From Eledone cirrhosa (taxonomy: Eukaryota): a stretch of DNA of 64,000 bases. Position numbers and translations under genes: made by a program. The notes under the pieces were generated by a model. The model did not search any database. It was not told the origin of the DNA and saw nothing but the letters and a program-made list of their open reading frames with translations. Where the stretch lies: the NCBI GenBank assembly GCA_964016885.1, contig OZ024746.1, forward strand, positions 7,192,001-7,256,000. Direction: 5' to 3'. How positions within the stretch are numbered: position 1 is the stretch's first letter; each line of letters opens with the position of its first letter. Positions 15,679 to 28,357 of the stretch are shown here, piece by piece.

Positions 15679-16380
15679 TGCATTCAGTTGGAGCTAACTA
15701 GGGGGAGACTACTCGTACAATATCGCTGGGTTTACGAAAAAAAAAAAAAAGCCACATTTTCTTCAAATCCCATCAGGCCGCTTGTTAAAAAAAAGGGGGA
15801 GATCTCGATCCATTATACTTGCAGAAAGACAAAAAGATGGGGCTGGTAACGTTTATGAACTCCTTTTATCGTAGTAATAATTAATAATCAAATAAAATCG
15901 GAGATTGGTAAGAGACTTAGCGAATGACGAAGCTAAAATATTGTCTCTCTTCTTGTTTCTCGCAGTCATGTTGTTTAAGTGTACAAATGCCACGTGTAAT
16001 ATCTTGTTGCTCAGCCTGATATAGAATAAATGTTTGGCAGAACTAGAGTTCAATGATCCCATCTCTTCTATAATTTTATTAACAATGAATATTTTTGCAG
16101 ACATATGTTTTCAAATGTGGAGATATCGATAAACAAAAAATGTTCATTTTTAATTTTTAATATTAGGGGCCTGGCTTTAAACCGTGTTTATTAAGGATAG
16201 GAACACACTTTCAGTATTGTGTGTGTGTATCATCACAGTTTAACGTCCATTTTTTTCCACGCTAGCATGGGTTAGACGAGTTGTCCTGTTGTGGGTGGGC
16301 AATGCCAGGTCAGGTGACCTTGTCTTGCTCAACATATATATGTGTGCGTGTGTACGTAGGTGTGTATATATATATATGTA

Positions 16381-16488
16381 TATAACTTAAATACTTCAAG
16401 TATATGGCTGTCTCATCAAAAAGAATATACATATATATATATATTCTTTTTAATGAGACAGCCATATATTTGAAGTATTTAAGTTATA
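16381..16488. repeat. Palindrome with an (AT)n centre
   Basis: About 47-bp arms TATAACTTAAATACTTCAA.. / ..TTGAAGTATTTAAGTTATA. Confidence 0.85.
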
Positions 16489-16836
16489 TTTTTATGTAAA
16501 AGAGGAGAGTCAGCCAATATTATTTTCGGCGGTGTCTGTTAATGTTTGGGGATTTTTATTTTTACTATCTGTATTTGTAGGAAACTAAAATATAAACTCT
16601 GGAATATTTTTTATCGTGTCATCCAAATTTCCTATTCCCAATACATGAGTGTTTTTTTTTATAGGAAGGTCGTCATTATATATATATAACTATGGACGGT
16701 GAATTAGTTTTTATTTTTCAATTTCAACAAAATCATTTACAACTTTCCAAGACGTATCTCTGCAAAATTTGATTTATAAAATATGCATTGAGAAAGTTAT
16801 AGGAAAACAAAGATTATATATATATATATATATATA

Positions 16837-18668
16837 TCATCTCATCATCATCTTCGTTTAACGTCCATTTTCCACGCTAACATGGGTTAGACGGGAGTTG
16901 TCCCACTTGAGGCAAGATTGGTCGGATGACCGTGTCTCGCTCATATAGGACTATCTGGCAGGTTTTCTACGGCTGGATGCCCTTCCTAACACCAACCACA
17001 TTTACAGTGTGGAACTGGAAAGTTTTTACCGTGTTACCTACACGGCCACATTACAGCGTCGACTGTGTGTTTTTTGTCGTGACACCTACACGATCTCGAT
17101 CTCATTATCTCGTGCTGTTGGTGGGAGTGGGAGGATAGGGTAGGGGTAGTGGATCGGCGTGTATATTTGGTTAAGAGGCGCCTCCTGACTGTAGGTTTCG
17201 CTTTGTACATAGGCAAGGCGGGTCTTCTGTATTACTGCGTAGCGTCAAAGATCTCGGTCCAGTGACATTGTCTTAGAGAGATGTGTGTAAGGTCGGAATT
17301 TATCAGATCGTCCCAGGTTTTTCTGCGTCTACCTACGTCGTAACTACCATCAATTTTGATCGTCCTGCACTTTTTTATGCAGCTGTCGTCTTTCATGCGC
17401 ATCACGTGACCATACCAACGTAGTCTTCTCTCAAGTAAACAGCATCTGATCCCTCTTATTCCTAATTTCTCACTTAGTTCATTTATGCTTTGCCGTTCAC
17501 GTATATTACTATTCCACACCCAACGGAGCATGCATGCTTCGTTCCTTACCAGCCTGCGCAGGTCCTCTGCACGTAATGCCCATGTCTCACTGCCATGTAA
17601 CATTGGTGTTCGTATACAGGCATCATACAATCTGCCTTTCATTTTTAGAGAGAAACCTTTTGTGGACAACAGCGGTATAAGCTCTCTGAACTTATTCCAT
17701 CCCGTCCTGACTCTGGCTACTGTACTTTCAGAACACCCTCCACCACTGCTGATTTTGTCACCCAGGTAACGGAAAGTGTCTACTATTTCTATAGAACCAT
17801 CTGGGCAATAGAAGAAGCTAGTATCCTGTGGACACTTGCTACTTATTGCACCTGAGCATTGGCCACATATAAAGTCTACGTTCTTAGATAGTTTACCTGT
17901 GATCCCGCTACATCTTTTATGTACCCATACTTTGCATTTGGGACATAAAATGGAATTTCTGCCTACTCCTTTCTTACACACTGAGCATGGCCATTTCCCT
18001 GAAGGCACCTGTGCTCTATTTTCCATTCTACAAACTAGAACTTTAGTCTATTCTAGGCCATGTTTCGAATTTCTTCTCTAGTTCAGCCATTGATTCAGCT
18101 AATAGCGTTTTTTCATCTGCGCATGGGCAACCGGTCTTGAACTCCTCTGTTATAGCCTGAAGGGCAATAATAAATAAGAGGGGGATAAGGACAGAGCCTT
18201 GATGAACGCCAACTTTTACACTAAATTCTTCACAATATTCATTGTTAATTCTAACCTTACTGACTGTTTCATTATACATAGCTTGTATGGCTCTCACAAG
18301 CCATTCATCTACAGCTAGTTTTCTAAGAGCCCACCAGATAATGGAGCGGGGGACTCTGTCAAAAGCTTTCTCCAGGTCTACAAAAGCTAAGTAGAGGGGT
18401 TTACTTTTAGCTAGGTACTTCTCCTGTAGTTGTCGTACAAGGAAAAGAGCGTCTGTGGTACTTTTACCTGACACAAACCCAAACTGTATTTTATCTAGAT
18501 CAATTCGCTCTCTGATTAGTTGTGCTATAACTCTTTCTGTGACCTTCGTGACCTGGTCAACTAACTTAATGCCTCTATAGTTTCCCCTATCTAGAGCATC
18601 CCCTTTACCCTTGTAGCAGTTAATGATGATGCTGCTACGCCAGTCTTTCGGTATGACCCCATTTTGTA
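16837..18668 (-). mobile_element. 5'-truncated RTE-clade LINE (RT with PHD-like finger, 3' UTR, (GAT)n tail)
   Basis: RT motifs FVDLEKAFDRV, GVHQGSVL, FRYLG and LRWYGHVMRM; YADD region damaged; highly similar to 28358-30230. Confidence 0.95.
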
Positions 18669-19244
18669 GTGTATTCTAACGTACATATAGTCTTAAAACA
18701 AATTATTTGATTAAAAATTACAGAAGCTATATTTCTAATTTAGCCGATTAAAACTGAAAAAAAAAAAAAAATTAAATATAGTGTGTATGGAGAGGGGGGG
18801 ACATGACCCTGAAACAATACTTCTATAGTAGGAATAACCTACTCTCGGGTCCCAAATAATAGAGGGGGGGATAAGCGGATGTGGGTGATCCTGGGTAGAG
18901 CGATGGTGAGAATAGTTACTAAGGAGCTAGGTTTGTGGGAAGGGAAGACAACTGTGATATAAATGTATGACAAGTGTGATGGGATTTCAAATTGAGATAT
19001 GAAGGCAAACCTAAATAAAATGGGGGGGGGGGGGGTTTACAATGATGTGTGTGTGTGTGTATATAAATAAATAATACAACCGGCTGCTGAAAATGTATTT
19101 AGAGCGTTATTCCAATATAAGAAATGTTATTCTACCGAAAGTTTTATTCAATATTTAGTTTATTGAAGAAGAAAAACAAATTCCAACTTATAAACAGCAA
19201 ATGGGTTTAAATTTAATTATTTGTAATTAGAAATATAAAATAAA

Positions 19245-19432
19245 TAATTGTTTCTACTTTTTGGCACAAGGCCAGCAAATAACCAGTACATTACTGGTAC
19301 TTTATTTTATCGACCCAGTAAGGATGAAAGGCAAAGTTAACCTCGGCGGGATTTGAATTCAGAATGGCAAGGGCCGTAACTCTATGCGTCAAAGCATGAC
19401 GTCCGACCCTCTACCGACACTGCCAATTCACC
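19245..19432 (-). mobile_element. tRNA-derived SINE family A
   Basis: Reverse complement of the 19858-20043 element. Confidence 0.85.
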
Positions 19433-19857
19433 GAAATAAATAATAATGTTGAGTTATTCAGTTTTTATGGTAAGACAGGTTTATTTGTTGTGAAAATAAA
19501 ACTTGTGCTCCAAGATGTTTCATTCATGTTATAAAACAACCTGTTGATGGTAATTATCGGACTTAAGTCATAATTACAACTCACTACATATACATGCACT
19601 CACACACACTCGCGCATTGTTTTTGATACATTTTAAATAAACTTTATTTTTTTCTTTTTAATGATTTTAATCTTGTGATTTAGTTAGGGTTTTATTTCTT
19701 TAAAATTAATTTAATTTCTGAGGTGTCTTATGTTTTGCTTTTTTTTTAATATAAAATCTCTAAAATAATATATGAAAACAATTTTAAAAATTACATTACA
19801 AATTGTTTAATCTCAATTATTGTTATTATTATTTGGCCAATAAAGAAATCATTATGT

Positions 19858-20043
19858 GGATTGGCAGTATCGGTAGAGGGTCAGACACCATGCTTTGACG
19901 CATAGAGTTACGGCCCTTTCCATTCTGAGTTCAAATCCCGCCGAGGTCAACTTTGCCTTTCATCCTTACGGGGTCGATAAAATAAAGTACCAGTAATGTA
20001 CTGGGTGATTGCTGGCCTTGTGCCAAAAGTAGAAACAATTATT
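19858..20043 (+). mobile_element. tRNA-derived SINE family A (about 185 bp; more than 10 copies or fragments in the window, e.g. near 4950, 8380, 12736, 12905, 22681, 25559, 45495, 62698)
   Basis: A-box-like TGGCAGTATCGG, B-box GAGTTCAAATCC, conserved body GCCTTTCATCCTTACGGGGTCGATAAAATAAAGTACC, (ATT)n tail. Confidence 0.85.
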
Positions 20044-20196
20044 ATTAATAATGGGAAGGAAAGCAACAATTAGTGTTTCTTCTCGTTAATATTATTATAT
20101 AAAAAGACTTAACGTAGGTGACCTTGTACTACTATTTCTGTAGGTTGACGGAGCTACATGTTTCGGACAGAAGGAAATACAACTTGGCTTGGCTAC

Positions 20197-20724
20197 TTAA
20201 CACTACTACTGGCTATCAACACGACTCTATAGTTAACACTACTACTGGCTATCAACACGACTCTATAGTTAACACTACTACTGGCTATCAACACGACTCT
20301 ATAGTTAACACTACTACTGGCTATCAACACGACTCTATAGTTAACACTACTACTGGCTATCAACACGACTCTATAGTTAAAACTACTACTGGCTATCAAC
20401 ACGACTCTATAGTTAACACTACTACTGGCTATCAACACGACTCTATAGTTAACACTACTACTGGCTATCAACACGACTCTATAGTTAACACTACTACTGG
20501 CTATCAACACGACTCTATAGTTAACACTACTACTGGCTATCAACACGACTCTATAGTTAACACTACTACTGGCTATCAACACGACTCTATAGTTAAAACT
20601 ACTACTGGCTATCAACACGACTCTATAGTTAACACTACTACTGGCTATCAACACGACTCTATAGTTAAAACTACTACTGGCTATCAACACGACTCTATAG
20701 TTAACACTACTACTGGCTATCAAC
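20197..20724. repeat. 36-bp minisatellite, about 14.5 copies
   Basis: Unit TTAACACTACTACTGGCTATCAACACGACTCTATAG, nearly invariant. Confidence 0.97.
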
Positions 20725-21237
20725 CCGACTAGTTACAGCATTGTCTGGCTTAGATCACCGAGTTTTACTATTACGACTTGTACGTCGGGAGGGGGGGGGG
20801 TCCCCTTTGATTTTTCTTTAAAACCAGAATTAGTCGTTTAGTTTACATATTGAGACCCCCAACCCATGGGATTTCTAGTAATGTAGTTTTTTTTAATAAG
20901 AGTGCGGTGGTGTCTGAAAAATGATAGGAGACCTGAGAGTACAGCAATGACTAGATGACATTGACCTAGTTTTACGAAACGTCAGTCTCGTCATTCTCCT
21001 CTTCTTCCTGTCGCCAATGTCTAGTTATTCTCTTACTCTCAAACGTTGATCACCGACTTTTACTACTTGTACCTCAATCAGTAATAAAAAGGACGAATTG
21101 TTAAGTCTTCATTACATTTGAAGTATGATGTGCATTTCGCAATTGATCAGCTCAAGATTTGATCTGTATCGACTGGGCCGACTCCGGAATCAAAAGTTTG
21201 TCGGTCTTCTAATATAGTAATGACGTTACAATCCCTA

Positions 21238-21276
<39 letters not shown>

Positions 21277-21283
21277 TACAGCA

Positions 21284-21830
21284 TTAACGAAGCTCTAGTT
21301 TGCGGCTAACGAATGCAAAATCGGTATGTAGCTTTAGCACTCGAATGGGAATAGTACCCCAGAGTAATAACACTACGTTTAGACAGCTTAGCAAATCAAA
21401 TATAGCGATCGGCAGTCCAGCCGCATTATCACAGCAACGAAAATACAGGACTCGGGAAAAGATTTTAGACTGACCTGGACAGAACGCTGGGACTGAATGG
21501 AATATATAATGCATATCGTATAGCACACGATATACATCACATACAGCACAGAACATCAGCGCTAGGTTTCTGCGAATCCAAGATCGACAAATTCCGCTTG
21601 CAGGGGTCTGCAAGTTAATGGTTTTTGGCGACAGAACAAAGGATTTACTTCTTCAGCAAGTATTGTGTTCTTTAGCCTCTGCAGTTATGTTCTAGCAGTG
21701 AATTTCGCTATAGACACGTGGTTTTCTCCAAGGGAGGTAACCCCCGCTTTGGCGGTGAATTCAAATTTGAGACAAAGGAATGAAATTCCATTAGACAAAC
21801 CGAATTAAGCACTCAACCAGAAGTTATCAA
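21284..21830 (+). promoter_or_regulatory. Candidate promoter / first-exon region
   Basis: Unique, CpG-retaining sequence; E-box CACGTG 21715-21720, E2F-like TTTGGCGG 21748-21755, TTCAAA 21760-21765, possible donor GAG|GTAACC at 21736/21737; CpG appears depleted downstream. Confidence 0.35.
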
Positions 21831-24631
21831 ACAAACATAAACAATTAATCAATCAATGATGTGGGAGGAGGGAGGCCTGTAGTGTGGTGGGGGAGGCATG
21901 TAGTATGTTGTGGGAGGGGGGGAGGAGGCCTTGGGATGACAGTTGTATGTTTTATAATGTTCAGATGTTGGATCAATCAATATTCTTTACTGCTTGTCAA
22001 ACTCCTTCACTTATCATTAGTTGAACCAAGATGATCTCTCTCTCTCTCTCTCCACATATCTTATCTATTAATTACAAATCACTATTTACTTTGTCTTTTT
22101 TTTCTTTTTTCTTTTTTTTTTTTCTTTCTTGCTTTGTTATTATTTAACATGTATGGGCTTTACTTGTCCCCTGAACATTTTTAGGGGTTTGATGTCATTG
22201 TAAAAGACCACTATTATTCATTTTACTTTTCATCCTTTTCAGTGAGTAGAGGCAGACCACTATTATTCATTTTACTTTTCATCCTTTTCAGTGAGTAGAG
22301 GCTGTAGTTATTAAAATAAGTACCAGTCATATACTGTGACTTTGTTCTTGTTCCTATGTTAGAAGTAATTATTATTAACTCTGCACAATATCTGAAATAA
22401 TTATTCCAAATATTTCCTTTTGGTAACCCTGTCCACTCTGTAAGGTGGTTGTACTGGTTCCACTTCAAAAAAGCACCCAGTCCACCCTGTAAAGTGATAG
22501 TTGTGGTGCTATTAAAATGTTCCCAGTCTATATTGTAATGTAGTTGGCATTAGGAAAGGCATCCAGCCATAGAAAACCAAGCCAAAAAGGATGTATGACC
22601 ACGATGTGGCCACCTCATATGACTAGCTTCAACATGACAGCCTGTCTAATCCATAGAAAATAGATGTTAAACGGTGATAATAATTGTTTCTACTTTTGGC
22701 ACAAGGCCAGCAAAACATCTCAGTGTATTACTGGTACTTTATTTTATCGACCCCGTAAGGATGAAAGGCAAAGTTAACCTTGGCGGTGATAATAATGATG
22801 AATGAAGGCGTTTTTAGGTTAGGGTTCATCACAATCCACAATCAGATTCTGTTAACAACACTTATGTTTTGTTTGTTGCAGTTTAATGAAATATTTTTTG
22901 GTTGTTTGTGTCTGTTGTAAAAGTTCAACAGTAACTATTGTACTATATCAGTTGATAGGGAAACTGTGATGTCTTTTATCTATTTCTACCTTGATCCTAA
23001 CAATGATAACTTAAATAGTTCCAAATTTCATTTGTTATCTTATATCATTATTATGTAAGGAATAGTTAATAATGTAAGGAGTGAGGTAGATTGTTACTGT
23101 TGAGGTTTATAATCTGTTGTCTCAAAATATAACGTGTAAGGAGTGAGGTATTACCAACTGAAGAATCACAAGTTCAAATCTGGTAGAAGTAAAATAATTA
23201 TAAAACGTGGCTTAGTTTTTAGGGTGTTCAGCTGGTAGTCATAAGGCTGAGAGTTTCTGGACTGGGTGGCACATGGAGTCTTTGAGCAAGATTTTATTTC
23301 ACACTGCTCCAGTTCACTCAGCTGTCAAAAAGAAAAACAAGTTAGTTATATATGTAATTCAAGGGGCCAACCTTGTCAGACAATGCATCATGCCGAATCT
23401 CCCTGAGAACTATATTAATAGTGCTCTTGTGAGTGTAACTCAAGAGGCCAACCTTGTCATACATTGCATTATACCGAATCTCCCTGAGAACTATATAAGG
23501 GTGCACTTGTCAGTGTAACTCAAGAGGCCAACCTTGTCATACATTATGTTGGATCTCCCTGAGAACTATATTGAGTGCTCTTGTCAGTGTGATGCTCAGC
23601 CACTTACACATTAACAAGCAGCCAGTTCCATTGATGGAATAAACTGCAGCACTCGTTGGAAACGGCAGAGATCCAACAACATGAATAATTCCAAAAATAA
23701 GCATCATGAGACTTTTTAATGACTCATGTCTTTAAATGGAGGAGATAAATATTTTCCTGGATTTCATTCTACTTCATCACAGCATCTGTTGAAGAGGTTC
23801 TCTCTCCCTCTCTCTGTATTTGCTAATGTCTCCCATGGTTTTCTCTACAATACTTTTCTGACCATATACTTCTAACACCTGCTTCTGTTTTAATTTTCAA
23901 AGTAATCAAGAATGATAATTTTATAATTCTCAAAGGACAAATACTTAATTACTGAAAACTTATCAAGCATGTAAGGAAATTCTAGTAAAACATTTTAGTA
24001 AATCTCTCAAAATTCTTCGTTAATTAATTAAAATAGAGTATTAGAAATACGGGCATGAAAGGGTTATAAGACTTGTCAATCTTCTAGGGACATTGAAATG
24101 AATAGGGACCCTTGGAAATGAAAATGTTTGGAATTACTGATATGGAGGAAGTGTTTAGTGTCTTTGCTCCAAACAAGTCTCACACACAGCTCTTCAGCCA
24201 AGAAATTAATACTCTATCCATTCAACCATTATGTAGAAACTCTAGAGTGTTATCTAGTTTAACTTTCACACCTTACAATATTTCCAACCAATGAAAATAC
24301 CTAACTCTTAAATGTTATAAACAGTTTTGTTCTCGTGTAAAGCTGTGTTATTGATCTGATAAAGTTTCTGTGGTCATTCAACCTTGAAGGAAGGTTGAAA
24401 GTTTGTATGTTTTATCTGCAATGTATAAATAATATGGGAGATAATATTGACTTTTGAAGGCTTGTCAAGATCTCAATTTCATTGTTGTGTGAACATATCT
24501 TCCCAGTAGATTTGCCATCCTACCAATCCTGTTTCAACCCACCTCTTATGTGTCTACTTTTCTTTCTGATATCTTTACCCAATCTTCCCCTATTACATAT
24601 GTAGGTGCAGTCGTGGCTTTATGTCATATAT

Positions 24632-24829
24632 TTACCACATAATCTCAAATATAAGCTGACCTTCCTTTTTTATGCTTGAGAAATAAGTTAAAATCCAAAC
24701 CCCATTTATAAACCAAGGCAGCTAATGAACACATTGTTTAGATGGCATATATAAACCGACTTTCTATTTTACCATTGATTTTATTTGTTTGTGACATATT
24801 CCTCGGGTTATATTCCAGTATACATGGTA
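24632..24829. mobile_element. Tc2/pogo-like MITE (degenerate)
   Basis: Imperfect TIRs related to TACCGTATATACTCGAGTATAAGCC; related copy at 40806-40988. Confidence 0.5.
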
Positions 24830-26626
24830 ATACTGTGAATGTGGTAAATCTAGTGGTCACTAGAGTGTCCATATTAAATGCCTTGCTATATTTGTTCTGG
24901 GCTCAGTCTATGTAAGTTAACCATTTCAATAAATACCAAACCACCTGAAACTGCCCATGGGTCTATGATGCAAGGTAGTTTAATTTAAAATATTTATATC
25001 TATCTAAAAATCTTCCATCCACATGAACAACATGCAGCACTGTCTGGTCAAGGTCCCCACAGTCACATGTTGGGTTGTCCTGGCATGTGTTGTGTGGATC
25101 TGATTAAGGGACACCCATTACTTTCTAGAAAGGTCAAAGCTGGCTAGTTTAGATGTGGGGTCCTGGATGAGGTCTTGGTTGACAAATTTAGACTCATTCC
25201 ATGATCTTCACCACTCTTCATTTAGATCAAAGTTATTGTCTTGATTCCCAGAATGGTTTGCATGATTTCAAGTGCATGTTGGGAAGGTTTTCCAGGTCTA
25301 TATGGATGGGAAGGTCGGGTTTGGACTTGGTAAGAAGTGTTGTTTCATGGATCATCTCCTGGCACTACATGTGAGAAGGGGCTATATGAGAAAGGGTAGG
25401 CAGCCACTGTATAGGTGTAGATTTCAGTCTGCCAGTTACTATTCTTATTGCTGAGTTAAGTGTCAACTTGCTTGGTGTGGCAGCTCCCTACCCAGACCAG
25501 TGAATAGTATTCTGCAACTGAGTATGCAAGTGCTAAAATGGTGAAGAATGGTTGAAAATAATTGTTTCTACTTTAGGCACAAGGCCAGCAATTTCCCAGT
25601 ACTTTATTTTATCGTCCCCTTAAGGATGAAAGGCAAAGTCAACCTCGGCGGGATTTGAACTCAGATCGTTAAGGGACGTAACTATGCTGGAAAGCATGGC
25701 ATCCGACCCTCTACCGATACTGCCATGAAAATAATAAAGAATGAGTTGTGCCTGTGTGGGAGGGAAGAAGGGGCTTGAGAGAAAAAGAGTGAAGTTAGAG
25801 GTGGAGAGAGAATAGGTAGAAGGGGAGGATTAGAATGGGGTGATAATGAAGGGGAGGATTATTGATTAGTTAAGGTTGGAGGTGTTTGGCCAGGTCATTG
25901 ACTGGTAAAACACAGCTTGTCAACAGTATAATCCACACACAATCAATAGTCCACCTGCTGGCTACAGAATGGTTATAGACAAGCTCACACATACATAGGA
26001 ATAGTAGGTACAGGCACACACAGTGGACAGTTCCCCCACCTCACCCCTGGATACAAAAGGATGAGATGGCTGTGGCTTGGATGTTTTTGACCATAGGTCA
26101 GCTCAATCTTAGTTGATGTAGAAACAACCAGTTATTTGACCATAGGTCAGCTCAATCTTAGTTGTAGAAACAACCAGTTATTTGACCATAGGTCAGCTCA
26201 ATGTCAGTTATAGAAACTAGTTATTTGACCATAGGTCAGCTCAATCTTAATTGTAGAAACAACCAGTTAGTAATCTGTAGTCCAGACCTAGTATGTTATA
26301 TTAAAATTGAATGATGAACTACTTTTCTTTAGATAAAAAATTTTTCATTTCTAATATTTAAATTTAAAAAAAATCCTACTGAACACAATTTTTTTTTTTT
26401 TAACAGAAAAGGAAATGGCCCCTCTTTATTTCAGTTTAATTAACACATCAATGTTGAAAGTTTACATGCCATGGGATATAATGTCATTTGATGTAAGATA
26501 AAAGAATAATTTCAAGATCTTCATTACTAATGATAGCTATTTCCATCTGGCTTTGAATGTACAGATGTCGTGTTACACCACCTGACAATTCCTATTGAGT
26601 GGGTGTGTTGTCTAAATGTATTGAGT

Positions 26627-26894
26627 GTGTGTGGCTTAGTGGTAAGGGTCAGTGGACTTAATGCTGTGGGTTTGATTCTTGGGCTGGGTTCTGTGTTGTT
26701 CTAAGCAAAACATTTTATTTCATGTTGCTCCAGTATACTCAGCTGAAAATGAATACCAGCTGTAGCTGGGGATTTAACTCTGTGATTGACTGGCATCCTG
26801 TCCATAGGGAGTCTTGTACTCTGTCACTTCATGCCTGGGAAACTGGAATAGGCACTGGCCTAATGAGCCACTGGGTTCGAAACACTTGTTTACT
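26627..26894 (+). mobile_element. tRNA-derived SINE family B
   Basis: TGGCTTAGTGG A-box and CATGTTGCTCCAGTATACTCAGCTGAAAATGA body; inverted relative at 47282-47666. Confidence 0.7.
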
Positions 26895-26983
26895 TGTGGT
26901 CAGATCATTGTGAAGATTATTATTGCGATATAGTAATTTGTGCTAAAAAATTATATTGTATATGTATGGTTATTTGACTTAGT

Positions 26984-27989
26984 TTAACCCTTTAGTTACC
27001 AACCCAGCCAAAACCAGCTCTGGTTCTATGAAATAAAACTACCTATCTTAACCCTTTAGTTACCAACCCAGCCAAAACCAGCTCTGGTTCTATGAAATAA
27101 AACTACCTATCTTAACCCTTTAGTTACCAACCCAGCCAAAACCAGCTCTGGTTCTATGAGATAAAACTACCTATCTTAACCCTTTAGCTACCAACCCAGC
27201 CAAAACCAGCTCTGGTTCTATGAAATAAAACTACCTATCTTAACCCTTTAGTTACCAACCCAGCCAAAACCAGCTCTGGTTCTATGAAATAAAACTACCT
27301 ATCTTAACCCTTTAGTTACCAACCCAGCCAAAACCAGCTCTGGTTCTATGAGATAAAACTACCTATCTTAACCCTTTAGCTACCAACCCAGCCAAAACCA
27401 GCTCTGGTTCTATGAAATAAAACTACTTATCTTAACCCTTTAGTTACCAACCCGGCCAAAACCAGCTCTGGTTCTATGAAATAAAACTACTTATCTTAAC
27501 CCTTTAGTTACCAACCCGGCCAAAACCAGCTCTGGTTCTATGAAATAAAACTACTTATCTTAACCCTTTAGTTACCAACCCGGCCAAAACCAGCTCTGGT
27601 TCTATGAAATAAAACTACCTATCTTAACCCTTTAGCTACCAACCCAGCCAAAACCAGCTCTGGTTCTATGAAATAAAACTACTTATCTTAACCCTTTAGT
27701 TACCAACCCGGCCAAAACCAGCTCTGGTTCTATGAAATAAAACTACTTATCTTAACCCTTTAGTTACCAACCCGGCCAAAACCAGCTCTGGTTCTATGAA
27801 ATAAAACAACTCATTTTAAAGGTTTCCAATTTAAATTAAAATATTCCAACATAATTTTATATAAGAACCTTACATTAAGTTACTACCTTAGTAATGAAAT
27901 AATTAATAATTTCACTAAATCCCTCAAAATTCTTCATTAATTAATTGAAATAGTATATTTCATCAGAAATTCAGTCATGAAAGGATTGA
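26984..27989 (+). repeat. About 13 tandem 64-bp copies of a piggyBac-type MITE left end, running into the MITE body
   Basis: TTAACCCTTTAG at 26984, 27048 and so on (period 64); the last unit continues into sequence matching 54460-54626. Confidence 0.93.
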
Positions 27990-28357
27990 TGTCCATTTTC
28001 CCACTCTTGCATGGGTTAGACGGGTTGTCATGTTATGAGACAAGTCGGGTCCAGAGACCATGTCTTACTCAAAATCTGTATTTTGGCTTGGTTTCTACGG
28101 TTGGATGTCCTTCTTAACACCAACCATGTTACAGTGTGGGCTTGGTGCTCTTTTGTCATGTCGCCACTAAAAATTATGTTGTGTAAGCATGATTGTTTAT
28201 TAACCATGATCATTGTGACTTTTCCATGTTAGCATGGGTTGGACAGGACTTTTGAGGCGATGTTTTATAGCGAACCTTCTTGACTCCGTTTTAGTTGCTT
28301 CTTACCTATTCTAAACCAGATACACAGTTTATTATATTAATAAATTAAAATAGCCAT

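Noticed and set aside
15687-16810. Possible non-autonomous DNA transposon
   Set aside because: Could not identify TIRs or a TSD by eye
19858-19945. tRNA gene
   Set aside because: A/B boxes belong to a multicopy SINE head; no cloverleaf
20197-20724. 36-bp repeat as a CRISPR array
   Set aside because: No spacers; pure tandem repeat
20944-20995. Hammerhead-like CTAGATGA..GAAACGTCAGTC
   Set aside because: Core has an insertion and stem II does not pair
21685-21736. EFRYRHVVFSK peptide resembling CKS1
   Set aside because: Too short, and no other CKS-like exons found
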